From a virus: a stretch of 64,000 nucleotides of DNA. Shown piece by piece: positions 26,427-36,426 of the stretch. The position numbers and the translations under genes were made by a program. Within the stretch, counting starts at the first letter, position 1; each line of letters starts with the position of its first letter. A model generated the notes under the pieces. That model was not told the DNA's origin and ran no database searches. It worked only from the letters and a program-made list of their open reading frames with translations. The DNA is taken from the IMG/VR virus record IMGVR_UViG_3300017917_002765, positions 64,001-128,000 of that record; one strand, given 5' to 3'.

Positions 26427-27204
26427 TATTTTTCATTATATTATAGTGGTGCATCTCAATCAATTGCTTAGCTTCTTTTTTAAGATACATTATTTGTATT
26501 TTTTGAAACGTCTCTTTTTCTTTATCCCAATATAAAACATAAATCTGTCTGCATTTACGTTTAGGAAATTCTAACTCATACATGTAAGCATAAACACTTA
26601 ATTGTAAACTATATATCGACCATTGACATGCTTGTAGGTGGTCAAAAGGTTTATGAAGTGTTTCAAACCCATATGGGTTATAGAAATTAAAAACTCTGTT
26701 TGTTTTGTAATCAGCAACATCAAAAAACACATCATTAATATCAATGATTAAGTCTGACGTTCCAGCTAATTCATATTCTTCAGAAAACAAAATTCTTTCT
26801 GGCCACATTGCTTGTCCTTCATCTACATTCAAAGTATTGTAGGCATCAATAACTTTTTGTTCAAAAACACCGTCTTCATTGTCTGGTGGAAAATACCATT
26901 TATTTGCCAATAAATAGCGTTCTACAATATCATGCACCTTTGTACCATAAACATTGGCTTCATCATTTAAAAATTGCCAATAATCTAAGATTTGTTGTTG
27001 TGACATACCGATATAGCGTTCTTGCTTAACATTATCGGCTTGTCTAGTAATAGCCAAAGAAACACCTTCTGCATCAAAGTGTGGTTCTATTGATGCTAGA
27101 GTTGTAGTGACTGATTTGTATATCTTACCAGTCTCCCTATGATGATATTTATGTTGGATTGGTTCTAAGAACAATGGCCCAACCCATTTTTTTATTTTAC
27201 CCAT
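26419..27204 (-). CDS. PD-(D/E)XK exonuclease
   Basis: SVTT, GTKVH, E..L....AGTSDL, DYKT and YSLQLSVY motifs. Promoter box at 27209-27216. Confidence 0.85.
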   Translation of the reverse strand: MGKIKKWVGPLFLEPIQHKYHHRETGKIYKSVTTTLASIEPHFDAEGVSLAITRQADNVKQERYIGMSQQQILDYWQFLNDEANVYGTKVHDIVERYLLANKWYFPPDNEDGVFEQKVIDAYNTLNVDEGQAMWPERILFSEEYELAGTSDLIIDINDVFFDVADYKTNRVFNFYNPYGFETLHKPFDHLQACQWSIYSLQLSVYAYMYELEFPKRKCRQIYVLYWDKEKETFQKIQIMYLKKEAKQLIEMHHYNIMKNNG

Positions 27205-27243
27205 AATGCAAATATACTAATTGTTATCTGTATATGCAAGTTT

Positions 27244-28203
27244 TTAATATAATTCATTATCAGAAAGCTGTCTGGCAGACATAAGTAACTTTGTGATACC
27301 CTTTTTACCAAGCTTTTCGTGTATTTTAGACGGGTCATATCCCTCTGGACATCTAACAATCCTGATTCTATTTCTTAAATTACCAAAATTTAGTTGTCGA
27401 TATAGATTTAAAGCATCAATATACGCATCATCATCTAACACTATTACCACATAACTCATAGCATGGTCATGTAACAATTCAATAAGCTTTGGTGGAATGT
27501 ATTTACCTAACAGAGGAACAGAATTTGGTACTACTACATGGTCTGTAACACCTTCTACCAAATAAATTGTAGCGTCAAAATTTAATTTACATTCATTAAA
27601 AATAATTTCTTGTTTTTCAGCTTCTGGATTTATGTATTTTAGCTTGGTTTTCTCTTTTTCGAACCATCTGGCAACAAAATAATTTAGTTTACCATCGACA
27701 TCATAAGATGGAAAAATAACTCTATTATAATATTTACCAACATACGTATACCCAATATCAAATTCTTTGATAATATCATCTGTTATCCCACGCTCATACA
27801 GGTATCTTTTGGCTAATCTAGATTTATAGTCCTTATCTGTACAATCTGAAAGTTTTTTAAAACCATCTGGAAGCGTTACTACAATTTCTTTATGCTCTTT
27901 TTCATAGAAAGTATCAGCATCTGGTTTTACCAATAGGTAATCTCTTAGGTTTTTTTGCGTCCCATAACGCTTTAAAAGCCTTATTACAGAGCCGTGCATG
28001 TCATTAATATCCTGACAAGCCCAACATTTAAATAAACCCCTATTATAATTGATTTCAAGATTGCCTTTACCATCACCTTCTGGCATACCTTTATCAGCTG
28101 AACAAGCTGGACAATCAAAAGATATTTGACCAGTTTCTTCGTTATGCTTCTTGTGTTCACCCAAAAAGCTTTCTAATATGTTAACAAGTAGTAATTGCGC
28201 CAC
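27244..28203 (-). CDS. DNA primase
   Basis: Zinc finger CPAC...CWAC, YLYERGI, RVIFP, KYINP, TOPRIM VEGVTD and LDDDA. GTG start 4 nt after the promoter box at 28208-28215. Confidence 0.9.
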   Translation of the reverse strand: MAQLLLVNILESFLGEHKKHNEETGQISFDCPACSADKGMPEGDGKGNLEINYNRGLFKCWACQDINDMHGSVIRLLKRYGTQKNLRDYLLVKPDADTFYEKEHKEIVVTLPDGFKKLSDCTDKDYKSRLAKRYLYERGITDDIIKEFDIGYTYVGKYYNRVIFPSYDVDGKLNYFVARWFEKEKTKLKYINPEAEKQEIIFNECKLNFDATIYLVEGVTDHVVVPNSVPLLGKYIPPKLIELLHDHAMSYVVIVLDDDAYIDALNLYRQLNFGNLRNRIRIVRCPEGYDPSKIHEKLGKKGITKLLMSARQLSDNELY

Positions 28204-28239
28204 CTTGCAAAGGTACGAATAAAAATTGAATAAAACAAA

Positions 28240-28884
28240 TTACTTCCAAAAACCCATTTTCATCATGTAACCACGAGCAGCGACATAAGCATCTGAAGTA
28301 TCAAATGTTTCCTTCTTTAGCTTATTGTTTTTATCATAGAACCATGTGATTTGAGGTTCCAATTCAGCCACTTTTTCCCATAGGACATATTTCTTGTCTA
28401 CATCAAAGTCATAACCGCCAAATAAAACTGGTTCATTTTTAGCTATTTGTTTTTCTGAAAGTGGTGTTCCATCCTTCTTAAATTTACGAACAGCCATTAG
28501 TTCTGGAAACGCATATTTACGGGCATCGTAAGACGAAATAAAATCTGGAACAACACCAATAGTGTCATAAACAGACTTGGAAATCATACCATTAAAGCGT
28601 AAAAGAGTTGCGATAGTATATACATTGTTTGATTGTAAAAGCGGCTCTTCAATCACAACCTTTGTAATACCAAAATCAGCATATTTGTTTAAAAACTCAG
28701 TTTGGAATATTTCAACCTTTCTAAAAAGTTCTTCCAATTTATTTTCTGGTTTTGGTTTAACTTTCGGACTAACGTGGTGTAATAGTTTTAATTCTCCATT
28801 GTCACCTAAGTCTTCAAATAACGCAATACCAATAGTGGAAGTAGAAACATCTAAGGCTAAAATATAATTTGGCTTTTTACTCAT
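28240..28884 (-). CDS. RuvC-like Holliday junction resolvase
   Basis: ILALDVSTSTIG, VVIEEP and DTSDAY acidic catalytic residues. Confidence 0.8.
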   Translation of the reverse strand: MSKKPNYILALDVSTSTIGIALFEDLGDNGELKLLHHVSPKVKPKPENKLEELFRKVEIFQTEFLNKYADFGITKVVIEEPLLQSNNVYTIATLLRFNGMISKSVYDTIGVVPDFISSYDARKYAFPELMAVRKFKKDGTPLSEKQIAKNEPVLFGGYDFDVDKKYVLWEKVAELEPQITWFYDKNNKLKKETFDTSDAYVAARGYMMKMGFWK

Positions 28885-28929
28885 AGTATTTTTATTTTAA
28901 TCTAATGAGTGTTTTTTAAAGGTAAAGTC

Positions 28930-30132
28930 TTAGAGACTTATTTTCACGTTCAAAGCCAAAAATTCGTTTACATTCTTAACCAAGTGTCTATCTGTTTTTG
29001 CTACTGCGATAAGGTTTCCAGTATTATCATATAAACCAAGTTCACTGATTCTTGGTGAATCAGTTCCTGTAAATGTTGAATTGGTCGAACCACCAAATTC
29101 ACCTCTATTTGCTATACAAGTTACGTTCTGATAAACAGCCGTTGATACACTGTTAAAAGTAACTGATGTAGCACTAGCTACTGTTGCATCATAATTAGAA
29201 ACTATTGATGGGTGTGTGATTACAATAATACCTTTATCTAAATAAGCTATACCAACTGGTGTATCAGCACTAAGACCTAGGTTTGTATTTGTTTGAAGAT
29301 TGTATAGTTGTTTTCCATTAATACTAAATGGTTTACTTGTGTTATAACCAGTTGCCCAACTTAATGAGGCAGAACCACCATTAGGTGTTAGTATGCTGTC
29401 TGAAAACAATAAAGCAATATTTGGTCCTAAAAAACTTGTGACTGTAGAGGTTTCTCTAATATTAGCATCTTGTACATTAACTGAACTAGTTCCATTTTGG
29501 AATGTGCTATACATTGTATATGTACCAGCCGAAGTTGGTAGAACAACTTGAATTGTTTTCCCATCAATACATTCACCATAATTAGCATTATTAATTGCTA
29601 TTGTAACTATATTTGTTTGAGCTAAACCACTAAGAGCTGTATCTGAATAACCACCTAAATTAAAAGTAACACCAGTATAGTTACTATCTTCAATTGATGA
29701 TAAAGAAAGACCAAAAGAATAGAATAAATTAACTAAACTATCAGTTGTATAATTGTTTCTATTGATAGTATTTTTTGTTAAAGTTGTTCCTGTAAGGGTT
29801 GTAACACCGTTTTCGATTTGTTCTACAGTCACATTTATTGATTGAGTTTCTACTGATTTTCTCAACGCACCACTTGGATTTAAAATTAAAGGATTTTTTA
29901 TTACCACTAATTCAGCAGTACTATTACTAGTTGTTGAATTAACACCAATATCACCAGCTTCAGCTGGTACTTGTCCAGTTGTTAACGGTAATGTTACATT
30001 GTAATTTGCATCAGAGTCACCTAAAGCAAATGTAGAAATAAGTGCATTATTAGTAGAAACAAGCTTTTGTCTACCATAAGGTGTTAGCTTTGCTATAAGT
30101 GTTGTTGTTGTTGCTGTTGATATGAATCCCAT
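28930..30132 (-). CDS. virion baseplate/tail protein
   Basis: N-terminal KLTPYGRQKL..FALGDSDANY and C-terminal ISELGLYDNTGNLIAVAK. T/S/N-rich. Confidence 0.75.
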   Translation of the reverse strand: MGFISTATTTTLIAKLTPYGRQKLVSTNNALISTFALGDSDANYNVTLPLTTGQVPAEAGDIGVNSTTSNSTAELVVIKNPLILNPSGALRKSVETQSINVTVEQIENGVTTLTGTTLTKNTINRNNYTTDSLVNLFYSFGLSLSSIEDSNYTGVTFNLGGYSDTALSGLAQTNIVTIAINNANYGECIDGKTIQVVLPTSAGTYTMYSTFQNGTSSVNVQDANIRETSTVTSFLGPNIALLFSDSILTPNGGSASLSWATGYNTSKPFSINGKQLYNLQTNTNLGLSADTPVGIAYLDKGIIVITHPSIVSNYDATVASATSVTFNSVSTAVYQNVTCIANRGEFGGSTNSTFTGTDSPRISELGLYDNTGNLIAVAKTDRHLVKNVNEFLALNVKISL

Positions 30133-30151
30133 TTTATATGTTTTTTACTGG

Positions 30152-32260
30152 TTAAAAATCAAGAGACAATTCAAACATTATAGTATTTCCATTGCTCAAG
30201 TTAACTGGTTTACTAAGTTTACCAATACATACTAAGTTTAAATTGGAATCATAGATACCAACTTCTGTTACTTTAATGTTTGGTGGATTAGTTGATAAAT
30301 CTTTGCTTCTTGTAGGGTTAGAAGTTGTATTAAATTGACTTGAATCTACTCTAATGTCAAATATTGTTTTATAAATAGTAGCACCAATATATGTTTCCAA
30401 GTTACCGTAGAAGAATCTTTCATCCCCGAATTGTAAATAACTTGGTTGATTTGTGGGTGCCATGTTTAATAATGAATATAAACTAAATGTTGTGGCTGCT
30501 GAGTGTTTTAAAGAATCTAATACAAAACCAGTTAATGTTGGTGTTTGATTTTCAAATAATTTAGGGTCAATAGTTTGTCCAGCAACTGATGTAATTGCAG
30601 TACTAGTAAAATCATATGATTTCCAAGCTCCAGCATCTGGTCTTATTGTACTATCAGAAACTATTTGATATAATAACTTAAAGTTTGTAGCATAAAAACC
30701 TAATCCATCGTAACCAGCACTTTCTGCTTTACGCATATATGGTAATAAATCAGTTTCATTGATTCTAAACACAATATCTTTGGCACTGGATGAATTATTG
30801 GTAACCTTAACATAATTTTGACAAGGCAAACTTGTTGTTAAACCACTAGTTAAACCACTGATTTCTAAACTATAAGTAAGATATATTGTTTGATTAGGTT
30901 GTAATACACCAGTTGATGTTCCACCACTTGGAGCTTGAATATTTGCCGCTAATTCTGGTAATGTCCAGTTTCTATTTGATTTATAAGACATTGCAGCTAC
31001 AATTTCATCATCAGTAAAAGCAATCATCTTAAGTTGTGGAAATACCTTACCAACTACTTTAGTCACAGTATTTGCACTTGAAATTAAAGATGGATGTTCT
31101 ATTAAGTCTATATATTGAATGTCACTAGTACCAAGCAATTGTGTGGCACCAGATGCGATAAATGTCATACCCATGCTTGTACCACTAGCTGTAGAATAAC
31201 CATTTCTATGGTACATAATATTAGGAATATGAACTTGAACGTACTTATTATTTGTTGCATCAACATACAAAAATTCACCATAAAGGTTAGATATTGCATT
31301 ATTGGTATAATGAATGATTGATACAGATTTTGAAACATCATCTGGATAACTAAATCCAGGTCCATTACATGTAAGGGTTGTATTTGTAACACCAGTACTT
31401 TCACAAAGAATTTCCAAATATGGGTTTTTAGTACCTAAATATGTATAAGACCCAAATTTAGTATAATCCTCATATAAGGTATTAGCACTCATGCCAGCTA
31501 AATTTTCACACCAAACATTATTCATATTCCAAACTGGAACATCATGACATGTTACGTTTACTGATGAATTAAAAGATAGAGTACCAGAATCCCAATAAGC
31601 GGTTGTAGTACCAGTACCTATTGTATCATAAACCTCACCACCCTTGTAAATAACAGCAACAGAATTACCAGTAAATGCAGAATAAGATGGTAAATTTCTA
31701 TCTAAACCAAGTGTATTTCCAGTTATTCCTTGTATTTTAAACCATAAATTTGGCAAGGCTAAGGTTGTATCATTTGAACTTATTGAACCAGATTTTGTGT
31801 TGGTTAGCTTTAATAATACAATATCACCAACTGATACATTTGTTGTTGATGACAGAGTTAAATTTGATGTACCAGAAATTGTTGTGTTAGATACAGTTTG
31901 GTAATATGGGGTTAATTCTGAACTTAAATCACTAGTAAATGTTGCACCAGTATGAACAAAAAAACCTCTTTCTGGTGCTTCATTATTTACAATTGCTTTA
32001 ATTACATTCAAATTAGAAGCATTAATGCTTTGATAATTTGATGTCGAATTGCTCTGTGTAATAAATGATTTTATATTTGGTTGTCTGTCAACTGGTCTTA
32101 AAATAGTACTTGTTGAAGCTGATAAAGAATCGTAGTTGATTTCAGAATCACCAATTGCCCAATAAGTAAAATTTAATTGACCCAAGGCCAATTGTTCTCT
32201 ACCTTTTTCTGTTAATTTTATGCCGACAAACGGACTTGTACTTGGAATGATATAGCTCAT
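30152..32260 (-). CDS. virion baseplate/tail protein (paralog of 28930..30132)
   Basis: KLTEKGREQL..WAIGDSEINY and VTEVGIYDSNLNLVCIGKLSKPV. Two late motifs upstream (32266-32273, 32292-32299). Confidence 0.75.
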   Translation of the reverse strand: MSYIIPSTSPFVGIKLTEKGREQLALGQLNFTYWAIGDSEINYDSLSASTSTILRPVDRQPNIKSFITQSNSTSNYQSINASNLNVIKAIVNNEAPERGFFVHTGATFTSDLSSELTPYYQTVSNTTISGTSNLTLSSTTNVSVGDIVLLKLTNTKSGSISSNDTTLALPNLWFKIQGITGNTLGLDRNLPSYSAFTGNSVAVIYKGGEVYDTIGTGTTTAYWDSGTLSFNSSVNVTCHDVPVWNMNNVWCENLAGMSANTLYEDYTKFGSYTYLGTKNPYLEILCESTGVTNTTLTCNGPGFSYPDDVSKSVSIIHYTNNAISNLYGEFLYVDATNNKYVQVHIPNIMYHRNGYSTASGTSMGMTFIASGATQLLGTSDIQYIDLIEHPSLISSANTVTKVVGKVFPQLKMIAFTDDEIVAAMSYKSNRNWTLPELAANIQAPSGGTSTGVLQPNQTIYLTYSLEISGLTSGLTTSLPCQNYVKVTNNSSSAKDIVFRINETDLLPYMRKAESAGYDGLGFYATNFKLLYQIVSDSTIRPDAGAWKSYDFTSTAITSVAGQTIDPKLFENQTPTLTGFVLDSLKHSAATTFSLYSLLNMAPTNQPSYLQFGDERFFYGNLETYIGATIYKTIFDIRVDSSQFNTTSNPTRSKDLSTNPPNIKVTEVGIYDSNLNLVCIGKLSKPVNLSNGNTIMFELSLDF

Positions 32261-32315
32261 ATATTATAAATATCTTTTTTTTATTTTAATTATAAATATC
32301 CTATAGTCAATAATA

Positions 32316-33740
32316 TTAATATGAATTTATAGCATTACTTTGAATAACTATTGGAATAGTGTCACTATATGCAATATCTGTTATTATTTGACCACAAAGA
32401 TTTTCGTAGTTTTTTTGGTTTTTAACCCTATAATATAATTTAGTCCCTACTGTACCAGAAACGACAAATGAATCAATATAATTTATTTCATTAACAATAT
32501 AGTTTTGACTGCTAGTATGATAAAAATTTGAAAAACTAGTACCTGTACTTACTTCCAATGTAAAAACACCATTTGTTGTTTGAGGCGGGTTACTTATTGA
32601 CCAAGATACATTTGGTTGGTTAACTATTATACCATTTACTGCCGAAATTGTCGGGATATAAACTATAGTTATAATATCACCAACTTCCAAATCACCTTCC
32701 AATATTATTCTTTTATCGTTCGTAATTGATTGATAATAATCAATATTATAAGCTAGTGTTAAACCATTTAATATAAGAAAAAAAGAAGATGAATCAGACG
32801 GGCTAACACTAGTATATACCTCATATTTTGAAGTTGTAGTATTGTAATAAACATTTTCAGAACCTTCACCATTTGTTGCTCCACTAACTATAGGTTTTGA
32901 AACTGAAATAGTATCACCAACTAAGTTACCACCACCTGCTGTGGTGTAAATTATTGTAATAACATCACCCTCAACTGTTGCCCCACTTAAAGTCACAACA
33001 TTCCCTGAAAATGTATAATCAAGTCCAGGTGATAAAGTCAAACCATTTAATGTACAAATAAAAGCTCCAACATAAGATTGGTCGATAACAAAAACGGTTT
33101 CACCTTCGCTTGGTAATATTATTTGTTGAAATAATTGATTTGGTGGCGGATTATTACTGGCGTTTTGTAATAAAATTGGTTTATCAGCAGTTTTAAATGC
33201 TATAAAATAATAGTCTAAATTATCTTCATAAATACCATATTCATTTCCGTTTATATAATCACGTGTGTTTATGGTTTTACCTAATTTTGATAGAAAATCA
33301 GTACAAACATTAAATTGATAATACCCCTTTATTAAATAATCACCATCTAAATTTAAAGAGGAAACTGGAATGGTCTGTGAAAGTATATTGGTTCCACTAA
33401 AAGCTGAATAAGAATAAGTTTCAGATTCATAAACAGCTGGTTGTGTAAATATATTAGCATTTGTGCTATATTTGTAAATTTCGTATTTATAAGTAGGGCT
33501 TGATGCCGTAAATGTTTCTAAATTACCAGTAAACACAAAAGACAACGGTATTGTTGTTGCAGTAGAGATAACGTAAGTTGTACCAGTAGAACCAGTACAA
33601 TCTATCTTTGAAGCACCACTAACAGAAAACAATGGTGCTTCAAAAACACACATATCAGAACTCATATTGACATTAAAAATATCTTTATTTCTGACTGCAC
33701 TGTTTTCGTTTTGTACATATATTAATTCTTGGTATCTCAT
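32316..33740 (-). CDS. virion structural protein (beta-rich tail protein)
   Basis: Repeated LNGLTL...DY...GD.ITI.Y modules, located in the tail module. Confidence 0.7.
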   Translation of the reverse strand: MRYQELIYVQNENSAVRNKDIFNVNMSSDMCVFEAPLFSVSGASKIDCTGSTGTTYVISTATTIPLSFVFTGNLETFTASSPTYKYEIYKYSTNANIFTQPAVYESETYSYSAFSGTNILSQTIPVSSLNLDGDYLIKGYYQFNVCTDFLSKLGKTINTRDYINGNEYGIYEDNLDYYFIAFKTADKPILLQNASNNPPPNQLFQQIILPSEGETVFVIDQSYVGAFICTLNGLTLSPGLDYTFSGNVVTLSGATVEGDVITIIYTTAGGGNLVGDTISVSKPIVSGATNGEGSENVYYNTTTSKYEVYTSVSPSDSSSFFLILNGLTLAYNIDYYQSITNDKRIILEGDLEVGDIITIVYIPTISAVNGIIVNQPNVSWSISNPPQTTNGVFTLEVSTGTSFSNFYHTSSQNYIVNEINYIDSFVVSGTVGTKLYYRVKNQKNYENLCGQIITDIAYSDTIPIVIQSNAINSY

Positions 33741-33982
33741 TAGTAATCAACGTTTAATGTTATAGGTTGAATGTTTATATTATTTTTTAAACCAAAATTT
33801 AATGGTTTTGAAAGTCTTGAAGTTACTTGAACCTCTGATAAATTTTGTAAAAAAGCAATAAATCCACCTATATTAATATAATCTTCAACTTGAACTTCAC
33901 CAGACACGGACTTTACATAAACCACATTATTTGTTATTGGTTCATAAATTTCCCCCTCTACTTTTTTTAATAACTTTGGCAT
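33740..33982 (-). CDS. small hypothetical structural protein
   Basis: 80 aa. The late motif at 33987-33994 is 4 nt from the ATG. Confidence 0.65.
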   Translation of the reverse strand: MPKLLKKVEGEIYEPITNNVVYVKSVSGEVQVEDYINIGGFIAFLQNLSEVQVTSRLSKPLNFGLKNNINIQPITLNVDY

Positions 33983-34002
33983 CTTTATAAATATTTAAAG
34001 TA

Positions 34003-36408
34003 TTAATCTGAACTTATAAATTTAAATGAGTTTGTTTCATTATTACCATTATTCGTGTTTGTTACAGAAACTTGCCCGATAAATTCTGAACCATAATTAA
34101 GTTGAACAATCCTAATATCATTACATTTACTTGCAATATCTCCTGTATAGCCAGTAGTTATTTTTTCAAGACTAAGACCAACAGATTGTGTTATACCGCT
34201 AGTACCATTAATTGGACTTGGTACCTTTGTACCATAAAATGGATTTTCACAGAAGAATGATGTATACGGTTTATAAGCAAACTTTTGCGTATCAAAAATT
34301 GTGTTTGAATAAATTTTCACACTACCCCAAATTGTTGTTGCTGGAATTACTTGTTCAACAATATCTACCCAATAATCACCAACCAAATCAGAAAACTCTT
34401 CCATAGTCTTATAATCAAATTCTGAACTATTTGTTGAACAATAATCAGAACTTGACATGTATCTATCGTATAAAGCTCTTAATGTTGGGTATGAGGATAA
34501 GGTTCTTCTGTTTTTTACATCAATTAATTCAGATGTTAAATAGTATTGAAAGTCTTCAATTATTGTAACAGCCGATAATGGTTGTGTTAATAATGAATTA
34601 AAATCAATCAAATTATCACCACAACAACCACTTAAACATTCATTACAATTAGTCGTTCCAGTTAATAAACATGGGTTATCTGAAATATATTTCCAAACAT
34701 CAGTTTCAATAGCCATTGATAAATTAATATCTAAATCAATTTCTTTACTATTTAAAACTAATCTTTCATCTTCAGTATTATAATTAGTTTGTCTAATTGG
34801 GTTAGCGCCACTTGAGTTTAATATCTTAAAATCTCTATTTAAAAGTGTTGTATTACTTATCCAAGATTTTTTATTATCTCTAATTCTATCTAACTCAAAT
34901 CCAGGACAATTTGTTACGAAAATATTTGTTTTAGTTACTCTACTACAATCCTTATTAAGTTTTATATTATCTAACAAAACACAAATATCTGTACAAGTAT
35001 TGTTAATATTTAAACTAATTTTTATTTTTTTATCAGCAATGAGCGCTATTATGTTTGGGTCTGTAATAATAGTTGAATAAGATAACCATTTAGAACTAAA
35101 TGAGCCGTCAGTTAACTTATTTAAAGTCTCATTTACTGATAAACCAGACTCTATAGATAAATCATTTAATAAATTAGATGGTAAAGACTTACATGAATCA
35201 GGTATAATATTTGACTTAATTTTCATTGAGTTACCAGTCGTTTCGTCATAAACATAAAACCCACTCTCAGGTGTTGTTGATAGATACTCGTAAAGATTTC
35301 CATTACCAATAGCTGGAAATACGTCAAAGGCTTCATAAACTGAAGTACTTTGATTATTTTCAACAACATACAAAGTCATTGTTACATCAAGCGTTTCAAA
35401 AAAGTTTATTGGTTTGTTACATTCACTTGTTACTAATCCGCTTTCAGTTAAAGCATTTAATTCATTTATTAATGATTGAACTCTAGAATTACAATTAGAT
35501 AATTGTTGTTCTAAAATTTGTTTTTGATTTAATAATTCTGTTTTACTACCAAAAGGTACATTACATAAATAAATCAAATTATTATTTATATTTCTTTGAA
35601 TTAAGACATCAATATCTGCACAAGTATAAGAATTAGAATCACCATTTAAGAATAATGAATAATTAAAATCACCAATTATTCTCTTAAATAAATCAAGACC
35701 ATCGTCAGTTAAACAGTATGTTCCAACATTTTGATTAACTAAAGATTTGTATTCGCTATTAGAATCATCTATTGGTACCTTTTTTGTGTCATCACCAAAA
35801 CCAGTATTTTCAAAAGATTGAGCAACTGATGTTGGGATTGTTGGTAAAGATTCTGGTGTAATATATTCTGCACCACATTCAACTGAATATGGTGTGTTAT
35901 CAATTTGTTGTTGTAATATGTCAATTTGAGTGCTAATTGTTTCACACAATACAGTCTGTTCCTCAATATCATTTTGAAGTTTATTGATTTCAAACTTGAC
36001 TTCTGAATTAAGAAATGAAACGGAAGTGTTTGTGTTAGTTAACATGTTCATTAGAGATTTACAACTAACTTTAAACAAATAATCGAATTCTATATTTAAA
36101 GAACATGTTTCATTATCAAAAACATTAAAAACAGCACCATCATTACCAGTAGGGTTTAGTGTTAATTTATATGAATTATTTATTTCACAGTTAGATGGTG
36201 TACCCCACATACATTTTTGGGTATTTTCATCAAATACATAATTAGGGGATAATGTTTCACAACAGTTTTTGTTAAGTTTAACTGGTATTAATTTATCACC
36301 ACTTTTTTGAAATAAAGATACGGAACCGTCAGTATTTTCAATAACACTACCATTTGTAGCTCTGACTTGTTCTACAGTTAAACACCTATTTATATAATCT
36401 GTTACCAT
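34003..36408 (-). CDS. large Cys-rich virion structural protein
   Basis: 801 aa in the baseplate module. ATACTTAT motif at 36420-36427. Confidence 0.7.
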   Translation of the reverse strand: MVTDYINRCLTVEQVRATNGSVIENTDGSVSLFQKSGDKLIPVKLNKNCCETLSPNYVFDENTQKCMWGTPSNCEINNSYKLTLNPTGNDGAVFNVFDNETCSLNIEFDYLFKVSCKSLMNMLTNTNTSVSFLNSEVKFEINKLQNDIEEQTVLCETISTQIDILQQQIDNTPYSVECGAEYITPESLPTIPTSVAQSFENTGFGDDTKKVPIDDSNSEYKSLVNQNVGTYCLTDDGLDLFKRIIGDFNYSLFLNGDSNSYTCADIDVLIQRNINNNLIYLCNVPFGSKTELLNQKQILEQQLSNCNSRVQSLINELNALTESGLVTSECNKPINFFETLDVTMTLYVVENNQSTSVYEAFDVFPAIGNGNLYEYLSTTPESGFYVYDETTGNSMKIKSNIIPDSCKSLPSNLLNDLSIESGLSVNETLNKLTDGSFSSKWLSYSTIITDPNIIALIADKKIKISLNINNTCTDICVLLDNIKLNKDCSRVTKTNIFVTNCPGFELDRIRDNKKSWISNTTLLNRDFKILNSSGANPIRQTNYNTEDERLVLNSKEIDLDINLSMAIETDVWKYISDNPCLLTGTTNCNECLSGCCGDNLIDFNSLLTQPLSAVTIIEDFQYYLTSELIDVKNRRTLSSYPTLRALYDRYMSSSDYCSTNSSEFDYKTMEEFSDLVGDYWVDIVEQVIPATTIWGSVKIYSNTIFDTQKFAYKPYTSFFCENPFYGTKVPSPINGTSGITQSVGLSLEKITTGYTGDIASKCNDIRIVQLNYGSEFIGQVSVTNTNNGNNETNSFKFISSD

Positions 36409-36426
36409 ATACGTTTTATATAAGTA

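Noticed and set aside
26419-27204. Cas4 or a CRISPR adaptation module
   Set aside because: It lacks the four-Cys Fe-S pattern, and no cas genes or array are nearby. An ordinary phage PD-(D/E)XK exonuclease fits better.
12400-33993. T4-type late promoters TATAAATA on the plus strand driving antisense transcription
   Set aside because: The motif flips with gene orientation (plus-strand ATATTTAT at 2008 and 23516 before plus-strand genes), so the sense-strand reading TATTTAT fits better.
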